Assembly: GCA_963797555.1 (NCBI GenBank)
Contig: CAWCPV010000005.1
Coordinates: forward strand, 96,001 to 160,000
DNA: 64,000 nt
Source of the DNA: an uncultured Gammaproteobacteria bacterium
GTDB lineage: Bacteria; Pseudomonadota; Gammaproteobacteria; CAWCPV01
Direction of reading: 5' to 3'
Positions 8,991-18,425 of this stretch are shown in pieces. The position numbers and the translations under genes were made by a program. Each line of letters begins with the position of its first letter. Positions within the stretch are counted from its first letter, which is position 1. Below the pieces are notes generated by a model that saw only the letters and a program-made list of their open reading frames with translations, was not told the DNA's origin and made no database searches.

Positions 8991-10445
8991 ATGACCATCG
9001 ACTGGAAAGACTACCCGGTCAGCGGTCTGTATGACGAGTTGATCCGGTCTGCCGGCAGGCCCCGGACCGAAGCGGCGCCGCTGTGCCGTTTTCTCGCCGC
9101 GCTCGACGACCCGGAGTTGGTCGCGGTGCAGGCGGCTGCGGAGCTGGCCATCAAGGAGATGGGCGTCACCTTCACGGTCTACGGGGAGGAGGGCGGCTCC
9201 ATCGACCGGGCCTGGCCGTTCGACATCATCCCGCGGGTAATGTCCAGGCGCGAATGGGAGCGCACGGAGGCGGGGCTGAAACAGCGGGTGCAGACCCTCA
9301 ACCTGTTCATCGACGACATCTACCACGATCAGCGGATCGTGAAGGACGGGGTCTTTCCCGCCGAGGTTCTGGCGGAGTCCAAGAATTTCCGACCCCAATG
9401 CGTGGGTGTAGATCCGCCGCTGCGTATCTGGGCCCACATCTGCGGCTCGGACCTGGTACGCGACAAGGATGGCAGCTTGTACGTGCTGGAGGACAACCTG
9501 CGCGTCCCATCGGGCGTCTCCTACATGCTGGAAAACCGCTTGGTGATGAAGCGCGTGTTCCCCGAGCTATTCGAGAACTACCAGATCCTGCCGGTGGACG
9601 ATTACCCCTCGCAGCTCTTCGACACGCTGGCGGCGCTTTCCCCGCGCCCGGCCGAGATCCCGGAGGTGGTTGTGCTCACACCGGGGATCTACAACTCGGC
9701 CTATTTCGAGCACGCCTATCTCGCCCAGCAGATGGGCTGCGAGCTGGTCGAGGGACGCGACCTCGTGGCCGGGGACGACGACTGCGTGCACATGCGCACT
9801 ATCGAGGGCCTGGCCCGAGTCGATGTCATCTACCGGCGCATCGACGACCTGTTCGTGGATCCGGAGGCCTTCAGGCCCGACTCCGCTCTGGGTGTCCCGG
9901 GGCTGCTGCGGGCCTGGAAAAAAGGCAATGTGACGCTCGCCAACGCACCGGGCGCCGGGGTGGCGGACGACAAGGTGGTTTACACCTTCGTCCCCAAGAT
10001 GATTCGCTATTACCTCGACGAGGATCCCATCCTCCCCAATGTGCCGAGCTACCTGTGCACGGACGAGAAGGAACGGGAACACGTCCTGAGCCACCTCGAT
10101 ACCCTGGTGGTAAAACCCGCCAATGAATCAGGGGGTTATGGCATGCTCGTCGGGCCGGCCGCATCGCGCAAGGAGCGAGAACGTTTCGCGGAGCTCATCC
10201 AGCAGGACCCGAGGAATTACATCGCCCAGCCTGTCCTCACCCTGTCCACGGTGCCCACCCTGATTCACGACCACGCGGAGCCCCGGCACGTCGATCTCAG
10301 GCCGTTCATCTTGTCTAGCGACAAGGTCTACGTGACCACGGGGGGTTTGACGCGCGTCGCCTTGCGCAAGGGGTCGCTCGTGGTCAACTCTTCCCAGGGC
10401 GGAGGCAGCAAGGACACGTGGATCGTCGACGGGGAGGCCGGCTGA
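8991..10445 (+). CDS. Circularly permuted type 2 ATP-grasp protein
   Basis: Motifs VLEDNLRVPSGVSY, PGIYNSAYFEH, VIYRRIDD and LVVNSSQGGGSKDTW. Confidence 0.94.
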   Translation: MTIDWKDYPVSGLYDELIRSAGRPRTEAAPLCRFLAALDDPELVAVQAAAELAIKEMGVTFTVYGEEGGSIDRAWPFDIIPRVMSRREWERTEAGLKQRVQTLNLFIDDIYHDQRIVKDGVFPAEVLAESKNFRPQCVGVDPPLRIWAHICGSDLVRDKDGSLYVLEDNLRVPSGVSYMLENRLVMKRVFPELFENYQILPVDDYPSQLFDTLAALSPRPAEIPEVVVLTPGIYNSAYFEHAYLAQQMGCELVEGRDLVAGDDDCVHMRTIEGLARVDVIYRRIDDLFVDPEAFRPDSALGVPGLLRAWKKGNVTLANAPGAGVADDKVVYTFVPKMIRYYLDEDPILPNVPSYLCTDEKEREHVLSHLDTLVVKPANESGGYGMLVGPAASRKERERFAELIQQDPRNYIAQPVLTLSTVPTLIHDHAEPRHVDLRPFILSSDKVYVTTGGLTRVALRKGSLVVNSSQGGGSKDTWIVDGEAG

Positions 10446-10446
10446 C

Positions 10447-11400
10447 GTGCTGTCGCGCGTTGCTGAGAACATCTACTGGACGGCGCGCTACTTCGAGCGC
10501 GCGGAGAACACCGCTCGCATCATCAATGTCAACGCCAACCTGCTGCTCGACCTGCCGAAAGGAATCGCGCCGGGCTGGGCACCGCTCATCGCCATCATGG
10601 GAAGCTCCGATCTTTACCGGGAACGCTACGGGGACTGCGAGGAACGCAATGTCCTGAAGTTTCTGGTAGGCGACGCAGAGAATCCCGGCTCTATTTTCAG
10701 TTCCCTGGCGCTCGCCCGAGAAAACGCCCGTACCATCCGCGACTTCGTCCCCCGCGAGGTCTGGGAGCACATCAACGAGATCTACCTCTATGCGCGGGAC
10801 AACGTCCAGACCGGGCTCGCCAAGCGGGGCCGCTATCACTATCTCAAACAGATCATCCTCGGCGCCCAGACCCTGACCGGAATGCTGGCCGGGACGATGA
10901 ATCACGACGCAGGTTATGAGTTCCTGCGCATCGGTCGGAACCTGGAGCGGGCGGACATGACGACCCGCCTAGTGGATGTGCGGTCGGCGACTCTGCTGCC
11001 GGAGCAGGCGGGGCTGCGCCCGTTCGAGACTATCCAGTGGATGAGCGTGCTGAAGTCCCTGACCGGTTATCAGATGTACCGGCGCAAAATGCAAGTGCGG
11101 GTGCGCCGGGACGACGTGCTGCGCTTTCTGTTCCAGGACCGTGATTTCCCGCGGGCTTTCTACCACTGCGCCGGTCAGGTGGAGCAGTCCCTGAACGCAT
11201 TGGGCCGCAACGAGGGTCCCCTGCGCGTTGTGGGGCGTGTCAAGCGATTGGTTCTGAACGCGGATCTGGCAACGCTGGGGCAGAGCGAGGTCCACCAGCT
11301 CATCGATCAGCTTCAGATTGGCCTTCGGGACCTGCACGACGAGATCGTCCGGGCCTATTTTGTCATTCCCGTCGCGATGACTCAGGTCCAGGCTGCATAG
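10447..11400 (+). CDS. Alpha-E domain protein (DUF403)
   Basis: Motifs MLSRVAE.IYW..RY.ERAENTAR and GRNLERADMTTR. Directly follows the CP-ATP-grasp gene. Confidence 0.94.
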   Translation: MLSRVAENIYWTARYFERAENTARIINVNANLLLDLPKGIAPGWAPLIAIMGSSDLYRERYGDCEERNVLKFLVGDAENPGSIFSSLALARENARTIRDFVPREVWEHINEIYLYARDNVQTGLAKRGRYHYLKQIILGAQTLTGMLAGTMNHDAGYEFLRIGRNLERADMTTRLVDVRSATLLPEQAGLRPFETIQWMSVLKSLTGYQMYRRKMQVRVRRDDVLRFLFQDRDFPRAFYHCAGQVEQSLNALGRNEGPLRVVGRVKRLVLNADLATLGQSEVHQLIDQLQIGLRDLHDEIVRAYFVIPVAMTQVQAA

Positions 11401-11460
11401 CCCCGTTGAGACTCGCCGAGCGGCGCGGCGGATGCCGAGACCCGATGCCGCTCGAGGACC

Positions 11461-11754
11461 GAGCGATTGTAAACCGATCTGCTGCGCGTCCTGATAGCAA
11501 CGTTGCGCGGTGGTCATGGCGTACCTCCTGTACGCCACCCTTTCGGGGCGTCCTGCGGACGTGCCGAATAGCTGTCCTGCCATTCGGTCATGGCGTACCT
11601 CCCTGTACGCCACCCTTTTGGGCGTCCGGCGGAACTGCCGAATGGCTGTCCTGCCATTCGGTCGCTCCCCCCGCCTATCGACTCGATAGGTTTCGTCGCT
11701 GCGCCTCGTGCGCCGCGCTCTCCGGGCCGCTCGCGACGATTTCTTCACAAGACT
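11461..11754. repeat. MITE-like repeat, copy 2, with two tandem 74-bp internal modules (11512-11585, 11586-11659)
   Basis: Its ends match the reverse complement of 54813-54947. The unit GGTCATGGCGTACCTCC(C)TGTACGCCACCC...GCTGTCCTGCCATTC occurs twice and is followed by GGTC. Confidence 0.8.
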
Positions 11755-12008
11755 TCATACCCCACGGGGGCACCACACGGCATGAAATGGGGATAAGCTG
11801 ACGGGCGGCGGGACCAGCCCGTTCACGTTGCTGCCTGAGCCACCATATTTCCAAGTCAGCTCCGAGGCATAGCCGTAGCCCTACAAGACCAACGGTGGCA
11901 GTCAACTACTGTTCTTGGTATCCTGGTCGCAAACCACGTATTGCGCAATGGTACGAGCGTCCAAAGCGCGTCGTCGGCGGTGGGCAGAGACAAGGAGAGG
12001 CTTCGGGC

Positions 12009-12470
12009 ATGAGCGATCTGCGTACACTCTACGAAGAGGTGATCCTGGATCACAACCGCAACCCGCGAAATTACCCCAAGCGGCCGGAAGGTGCCAACTA
12101 CAGCTCTCACGGGTTCAATCCACTGTGCGGCGACGAGTTCCGCGTTCATCTCAGGGTGGATGACGACGGGGTCATCGAGGATGTCGGCTTCGAGGGTGGG
12201 GGCTGTGCCATCTCCACGGCGTCGGCCTCCATGATGACCGAGGCCATAAAGGGCAAGACCGTCGAACAGGCGGAAGCCCTGTTCGAGCAAGTGCACGACG
12301 TGCTCACCCGTGAAGGGGAGGGTATGGGGGGCCGGTCCGATCTCATGGGTAAGCTGTCCGTGTTGGTCGGCGTGAAGGACTATCCGCTGCGCGTGAAATG
12401 CGCCACCCTCTCCTGGCACACCATGCACGCGGCCCTCAAGGGCCATCACGCCACGGTCACGACCGAATAA
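12009..12470 (+). CDS. sufU: SufU/NifU-N family Fe-S assembly protein
   Basis: Motifs LYEEVILDH.RNPRN, NPLCGD, GCAISTASAS and RVKCATL.W. Confidence 0.9.
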   Translation: MSDLRTLYEEVILDHNRNPRNYPKRPEGANYSSHGFNPLCGDEFRVHLRVDDDGVIEDVGFEGGGCAISTASASMMTEAIKGKTVEQAEALFEQVHDVLTREGEGMGGRSDLMGKLSVLVGVKDYPLRVKCATLSWHTMHAALKGHHATVTTE

Positions 12471-12719
12471 TCTCTGTTTGGCACGGCCGCCTGCCCGCTC
12501 ATCTTCCGCCTCGACCCTACCGATCCGCCCAGTGCTGGAGCCCGTCCCGGAGGCTAGGGGCGCCACCACCTCGCCGCCGTTTTCCCGGGATTTCATTCCC
12601 TTGGGTGGCCGGCTCGCTGCCGCGATTGGCCCGGCCCACGCCGGCCGCGCTCCCTTGAGGCGTGACCCGGCCACGCGCGGGCAGCGGTCCTCGGCATGCA
12701 CCGCCAAGGTTTCCATCTG

Positions 12720-13601
12720 ATGGTCGTGCTGGAGGCAAGGCAGCTCGTCAAGCGCTACAAGCGCATCACTGCGGTCGATGGCATCAGCCTGGCCATCGCC
12801 AGAGGGCATTGCTTCGGACTGCTGGGTCCGAACGGCGCGGGCAAGACCACCAGCGTCGAGATGCTGGAGGGCATCAGTCGCCCGACGGCTGGCGCGGTTC
12901 TCTACAAGGGCCGACCCCTGGGAAGGAGGTTCCGCACCGAGGCCGGCATCATGTTCCAATTCACCGCGCTGCAGGACTTCGTCACTGTGCGCGAAACGCT
13001 GGAGATGTTTCGGTCCTTCTACGATAAGCCAGCGCCACTCGAGGATCTGATCGCCGCTTGCGCTTTGGGGGATCTGCTGGACCGTGACACACGGCGCCTC
13101 TCTGGAGGCCAGCGTCAACGGCTGCTGCTCGCCATCGCGCTAGCCAATGACCCTGACGTGCTGTTCTTGGACGAGCCCACAACCGGGCTCGATCCGCAGG
13201 CGCGGCGCAACTTTTGGGAGCTGATCGGCAGCATCAAGGCACGCGGCAAGACCATCGTGCTGACGACGCACTACATGGAGGAGGCGTACGTGCTCTGCGA
13301 TGAGATCGCCATCATGGACCACGGCAGGATCATCGCCCAGGGCTCCCCCCGGCAACTGCTGGCAGAGCACTTCGACAACGTCATCCTGCAGCTCCCCGCG
13401 GACGAGGTTCGGGATCTGCGTAGCGAGCTGCCGGCTGCAGTGCTGAGGAGCCAGGATACCGTGGAGCTGTCGACTGCGGACGTGACCGAGACCATCCGCA
13501 GGCTGCTCGCCATGGGGGTTTCCTTGGCGCGCCTGCGCATTCGCAGCCGCAACCTGGAAGACCTGTTCCTGGAGCTGACCGGACGGGAGCTGCGCCCCTG
13601 A
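12720..13601 (+). CDS. ABC-2 type transporter ATP-binding subunit
   Basis: Walker A GPNGAGKT, signature LSGGQ, Walker B LFLDEP and TTH motif. Confidence 0.95.
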   Translation: MVVLEARQLVKRYKRITAVDGISLAIARGHCFGLLGPNGAGKTTSVEMLEGISRPTAGAVLYKGRPLGRRFRTEAGIMFQFTALQDFVTVRETLEMFRSFYDKPAPLEDLIAACALGDLLDRDTRRLSGGQRQRLLLAIALANDPDVLFLDEPTTGLDPQARRNFWELIGSIKARGKTIVLTTHYMEEAYVLCDEIAIMDHGRIIAQGSPRQLLAEHFDNVILQLPADEVRDLRSELPAAVLRSQDTVELSTADVTETIRRLLAMGVSLARLRIRSRNLEDLFLELTGRELRP

Positions 13602-13621
13602 GTCCCAGACGCATTCTGGCG

Positions 13622-14611
13622 GTGCTGCGCACGCGCAACCAGGAGTTCTTGCGCGATCGTTCCGCCCTGGCGTGGAACATCCTGTTGCCGGTGTTCATCA
13701 TCGTGGGGTTTGCGTTCGCGTTCGCAGGCGATCGCCTGGATCTGTACAAGGTCGGGGTCTATCCGGGCGTCCCGCGGCAGGCGGGTGCAGACCGGCCCGC
13801 CTTCTTCCGCACTGCCCACCTGCAGTTTCTGCCGGTTAACGACCTGCATGCGGGCACCATCAAGGTTCAGCGCCACCAACTGGACATGCTGGTAGACCCC
13901 GGCGCGCGCCGATTCTGGGTGAACGACAGTTCGCCGCGGGGATACATCCTGGAGCGCGTGCTGCGCGGTACGGGGGGTGCCGCATTCCGGAAGCAGACAT
14001 TGAGCGGGCGACCGATCCGCTACGTCGACTGGCTGGTGCCCGGGGTGCTCGCCATGAACATGATGTTCAGCGCGCTGTTCGGCGTTGGGTACGTGATCGT
14101 GCGTTACCGCAAGAACGGAGTCCTCAAACGGCTGAGCGCCACGCCGCTGACCGCGTTGGAGTTCCTGGCGGCGCAGGTGGTGTCTCGGCTTTGGCTGATT
14201 GTGGCGATCAACGTGCTGGTATTCGTGGGTACCGATCTCCTCGTCGGCTTCACGATGTTCGGTTCTTATGTGGATCTGCTGGTGGTATTCACGGTCGGCG
14301 CCCTCAGCCTCGTCAGCCTCGGGCTCCTGGTGGCCGCCCGCACTTCCAGCGAAGAGCTGGCCGGTGGCCTGCTGAACGCCATCAGTTGGCCGATGATGTT
14401 CCTCTCCGGCGTATGGTTCTCCCTGGAGGGGGTCTACCCCTGGCTGCGCAAGCTCGCACTCGTCTTGCCGCTCACCCACGTGATCGACGCAGCGCGCGCC
14501 GTCATGATCGACGGCGCGGGGATCGCGGCAGTGTCCGGGCACCTGCTCGTTCTCCTCGCCATGACCGCGCTGTTTCTGGCGATAGGCGCCTACTTCTTCC
14601 GGTGGCAGTGA
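13622..14611 (+). CDS. ABC-2 type transporter permease (true start may be ~13598)
   Basis: Multi-TM protein with Y..WLVPG.LAMN, GVLKRL.ATPL and P.MFLSG.W motifs. Confidence 0.92.
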   Translation: MLRTRNQEFLRDRSALAWNILLPVFIIVGFAFAFAGDRLDLYKVGVYPGVPRQAGADRPAFFRTAHLQFLPVNDLHAGTIKVQRHQLDMLVDPGARRFWVNDSSPRGYILERVLRGTGGAAFRKQTLSGRPIRYVDWLVPGVLAMNMMFSALFGVGYVIVRYRKNGVLKRLSATPLTALEFLAAQVVSRLWLIVAINVLVFVGTDLLVGFTMFGSYVDLLVVFTVGALSLVSLGLLVAARTSSEELAGGLLNAISWPMMFLSGVWFSLEGVYPWLRKLALVLPLTHVIDAARAVMIDGAGIAAVSGHLLVLLAMTALFLAIGAYFFRWQ

Positions 14612-14755
14612 GCTGATACGGCTTCCGGGCTTGCGTCGGACAGCGCCCGGACGGGTGTGCGTCCGCGCCGACCGTTCAAAGGCTGCTGTATCATCAGCCA
14701 AGTCCACGAATGCACCGCAGAACCGACACCCAGAGAGCCAGCGGACGAGGTGGCG

Positions 14756-14872
14756 GAGTCTTTCAAGGCGCTGATCGGCGAGGCCCCGAGACCAGGGCGC
14801 AGGGCCGAGCCATACCCAGTCAGGCGAGGAGCGCACCGTACCGGGACGTACAACAGATTCATTCACAAGGTC
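14756..14872. repeat. MITE-like repeat, copy 3 (degenerate)
   Basis: GCGAGGCCCCGAGACCAGGGCGCA..CATA..AGGCGAGGAGCG..ACAGATTCATTCACAAGGTC aligns with 54813-54947. Confidence 0.55.
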
Positions 14873-15163
14873 CGAATGCAGGGAGTCACGATGAGCGGCA
14901 TACGCCGGCACATTCATGGCCCCGGTGTCCCCAGCCGCTCGGCGAGTCAGGATTGGACTCGCGCGAGGGCCTCGGGTCGGTCCGCAGGTTTAGCGTGCGG
15001 GGAAGGCTTGGGATGATGTCAAGGATGATGTCAAAGCACCAGCCGCGTGCGTTCCGTGATCTCCGAGAGGCACGCGGAGCATAGGCGGTTTAGTTTATAG
15101 TCCTGCATTCGGCACGGTATGCGAAAAAGGATTCTCTCAGGGGCCAGGATCTGCTCATACCAC

Positions 15164-15853
15164 ATGCACGCCAGGAGCCACGCCCAACTCGCCGGACCCC
15201 TTCTCTGCACGCTGGCGTTGCTCCTTGCCTCTCCGTCCTGGCCGGAGATCCAGCATCCGCCGTCGCCCCCGGCTGCGGCCGAGCTGCCGGAGAGCTGTCG
15301 GACCGGCTGCGCCACGCGGTACGGCGAGGTGCTGGGGGTGGCTTCCGGTGGCGTCACGGCGTACTCGAACTGCAGCGCCCGCTGCGTTGTGCCGGAGCCG
15401 AACAGACTGAACGGCAGGTACACCGGGCTCAGGTGGCAATGCGTCGAGTTTGCGCGCAGGTGGCTGCTCGAGACCCGGGGCGTCGTCTATGGCGATGTCG
15501 ACGTCGCCGCAGACATCTGGAGTAAGACAACTACGGTCACACGGATCGCCGACGGCCAGCGGCTCCCGTTTCGTGCCCACCTGAACGGCTCGACTGAGCC
15601 GCCCAAGGTCGGTGACCTGCTGGTGTACTCGAGGGAGTTCCTGAACACCGGCCATGTGGCCGTGGTGACGGCCGTGGACCGCGAGGTGGATCGCATCGAG
15701 GTTGCGGAGCAGAATTTCCGCAACGAGAAATGGCCCGACAGCTACGCGAGACCCATCGACGTGGTCAAGAAGGGGGGGAGATTCTGGGTCCTCGACCCCT
15801 ACCTCATCGGGTGGAAACGCGTTGCGAGTGACGGCACCGAGCAGGGTCCGTGA
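15164..15853 (+). CDS. Exported CHAP-domain amidase resembling the glutathionylspermidine amidase domain
   Basis: GLRWQCVEFARRWL (catalytic Cys), TGHVAVV (His), VAEQN and a hydrophobic N-terminus. Confidence 0.85.
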   Translation: MHARSHAQLAGPLLCTLALLLASPSWPEIQHPPSPPAAAELPESCRTGCATRYGEVLGVASGGVTAYSNCSARCVVPEPNRLNGRYTGLRWQCVEFARRWLLETRGVVYGDVDVAADIWSKTTTVTRIADGQRLPFRAHLNGSTEPPKVGDLLVYSREFLNTGHVAVVTAVDREVDRIEVAEQNFRNEKWPDSYARPIDVVKKGGRFWVLDPYLIGWKRVASDGTEQGP

Positions 15854-15958
15854 CTCAAAGAACGTGAGGTAGATCGCTCCCGGCTCTCAGTCCGGAACTC
15901 TGCGCCAGCGCGGGCCACCCCTGTGTTCAAGCCTTCCCGCGTTCCAGTGATCAGCCGA

Positions 15959-17470
15959 TCAGCGATCAGCGTTCGAGGAAATGGGGGACGAACACACCAA
16001 CCGAAAACCGAGAGGGCCGTTGCGGCTACCGGGGGCGCCGTGGTTGCGGAAAGCCGCGTGCGCGTAGGCCTGGCTGAAGTTCCAGGAGCCGCCGCGCACC
16101 ACCCGGGGCTCCTCCGGCGTCCGCGGAAAGCCCACATCGTCGGGATGCTCGAATGCGTTGAGACACCAATCCCAGAGCGTACCCGCCATGTCCAGCGAGC
16201 CGACCGGCGAGGCACCGTGGGGATACAGACCGACCGCCGTCGCCCCGCCGAGATCGCTCTCGTAGGTGTTCGCCCGCCAGGGCTCTGCCTTCGGGTCCCA
16301 ATCGCCACCCCAGGGGTAGCTTCGGCCCGGTTCGCCGCCGGTTGCGGCGAGCTGCCACTCGAACTCGGTCGGGAGCCGAATCTCGTAGCCGCGAGCACTC
16401 GCTCGCCCACTCGCAGAAGGCCATGGCGTCGTACCAGGCGACCGAGTCGGCCGGATAGCTGGGGTGGCGCGCGAGATGTTCGGGCGCCGGATAATCTTTC
16501 GACTCGGCGAGGAAGGTGGACCGCCAGCGGCCGCCCGCATAGCAGGCGTCCACGAAGGCCCGGAACTGGCAGACGGTGACCGGATAACGCGCCATCTCGA
16601 AAGGTTCCACCGTTCGAGTCAGGGTGCGGGCCACCGCCGAGTTCGGATTGTCCGGGTTCGACCGGATCTCGATGGTGACCGATCCGCCCTCGACCGGACA
16701 CCAGGCGATGTCGGGCAGGCCGTCGGCCCGCAAACGGTTCCCTCGCGGCCGTCGCCGCGCCGGGGATCGCCGAGCAAGGCCAGGCGCGCACCCACGCCCG
16801 CTCGCGCCGCATGGCCTAGGGGCAGCCGCCAGGCTTCCCCGTACGAACCGGCGGCCTCGGCCGAGCAGAGCGGCAGCGCATTGAGCTCGTCGCGCTCGGT
16901 CGGACCCAGGAATGCGCGCACCCGCCCGGGCTCCGCCACGTCATCGAGGGACACGCCGCTCGGCGCGATCTCGCCCACGGCGTCCATGACCCGCTCCTCC
17001 GGCCAGCGGCGACTCTCGTCCTGCCGCTGGGCGTCCCATTCGCAGGCCGCGTCCTCGATCTCGAGCTCGCAGGCGCAGCGCCTTGCGATCCAGCACCAGC
17101 CACTGCCGCAGCGTGTCCCAGACGCGGAACAGGGCCTCGTGGGTGACGCTCAGGGTCTCCTCGCCGTGGTCGGCGCCGGAGACCAGCAGGCGCTGGTCGA
17201 TGAACCGCTTCAGCACCTCCGCACAGGAGGCAGGCATACCGCTCTTGCGGGCGATACGGCGGGTAAACTGGCCTTCCTCGCCCACCTGTGCGAGCCGGTA
17301 GAAGGCGCGCCGCAGGTCGCGCAGGCGGGGGCTGTCGGGCGGCAGGCCCTGGTAGCCGGTCGCCTCGAGAATCCGGTCGGCGACGTGCTTGATGGCAGCG
17401 GAGACGCCGCGGAACACGGCGACTCGGCCGCTCTCCTCGCGGACCTCCACAGGGGGGAACAGGCCCTCGT
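15959..17470 (-). pseudogene. Relic of a STAND-NTPase-associated protein with a C-terminal FGE-sulfatase (C-type lectin fold) domain
   Basis: HEALFRVWDTLRQWL, RYPVTV.QF, V.WYDA.AF, RLPTE.EW, DMAG.LW.W and RVVRGGSW...GFRL occur across several frameshifts. The 5' part is missing. Confidence 0.8.
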
Positions 17471-17828
17471 AGCTATGATTAGGGGTATGGCGAGCCCCTG
17501 CGGATCGAACTGGCCTGCGGGCTCTACACGTCACTTCGCGCGGTGGTCGGGGCATACCAGGCTCGCTTGCAGCGGAGGACATGCTACCAGCACACATTGA
17601 CCGTCCACGGCGTGCCTGCTACCCTGCCAGTCTGGCCGGTCCGCAGACGGCCAGGAGACGGCGCGAAGAGCACCATGCCGTGCCGAGTCACGTTACGAGT
17701 CCCACTGGGAGCCAACGCGTCTACACAGAAATTGCGCGACTCCGGCGGCTGAATTCAGCAGTTTAACAAGACGTTTGTCGGCCGGTCTGTTGCCCGAACT
17801 GTAACTTTCTTCGTCAATCTCTGAGAGC

Positions 17829-18347
17829 ATGCCAAACCAGTACATCCTCCGAAGATTGAAGGGGGTTCGAGACCTCTTGATGTCCGCGTATGAGTGCGGA
17901 GGACCAATGGCTTCAGCCAGTAAGGGACAGGAGAGAGAATCTTTTGTTAGCAATTTCCTTTCTCGAATGCTCCCACCCCCATACAGGCTTGGGTCCGGGG
18001 AAGTGACGGATAGAGACGGGAATATTTCCGGACAACTGGACGTTGTGGTGGAACTACCGTTTCTGCCAAGTCTTCCAGTATTCGGTTCGTCAGGTCCACG
18101 CCTCTACTTAGCCGACGCTGTCTCCGCCGTAATAGAGGTGAAATCTGATTTGAGACGCCAATGGAGTAACGTAGAGGCAAGTTGTTCGAGCCTCAAGAAG
18201 CTAGACCGTACCCCAGGAACTTATGAGCTTCCACAGCTCCGTGGCCCGATAAACGCTGGATTGCCGCCTTCTACGACGAGGCAGAAGATACCGTTTATCG
18301 CGGTAGGATATAAGGGCATGGCGTTATACACATCTCCCCGTAGCTAG
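17829..18347 (+). CDS. PD-(D/E)XK nuclease-like protein (DUF6602-like), C-terminally truncated by the IS4 element
   Basis: Motifs KG.ERE.FV..FL...LP, SGEV.D..G.SGQLDVVV and AVIEVKS. Locally lower GC, and the last codons lie inside the IS terminal repeat. Confidence 0.7.
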   Translation: MPNQYILRRLKGVRDLLMSAYECGGPMASASKGQERESFVSNFLSRMLPPPYRLGSGEVTDRDGNISGQLDVVVELPFLPSLPVFGSSGPRLYLADAVSAVIEVKSDLRRQWSNVEASCSSLKKLDRTPGTYELPQLRGPINAGLPPSTTRQKIPFIAVGYKGMALYTSPRS

Positions 18348-18425
18348 GGCTGCTGCCCCTCTGGACACAGCCCCCGGAAGCTGATTCAATGCCCCCATCG
18401 TTCACCAGGTGACGAGGGGGAGCAG

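Noticed and set aside
11512-11663. CRISPR array
   Set aside because: Only two 74-bp tandem units, no unique spacers and no cas genes. It is better explained as a module inside a MITE-like repeat.
13271-14917. Long 548-aa minus-strand ORF, and similar long ORFs such as 50492-52108, 28557-29990 and 52210-53610
   Set aside because: These are antisense or alternate-frame shadows of clear genes, as expected in high-GC DNA.
17487-17512. Possible second att copy of the tRNA-Gln 3' end (TGGCGAGCCCCTGCGGATCGAAC)
   Set aside because: Too divergent from TGGCTGGGGGACGAGGATTCGAAC to call as attR.
17740-17790. attC-like sequence upstream of the nuclease gene
   Set aside because: Only a partial resemblance. 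No complementary left arm could be identified.
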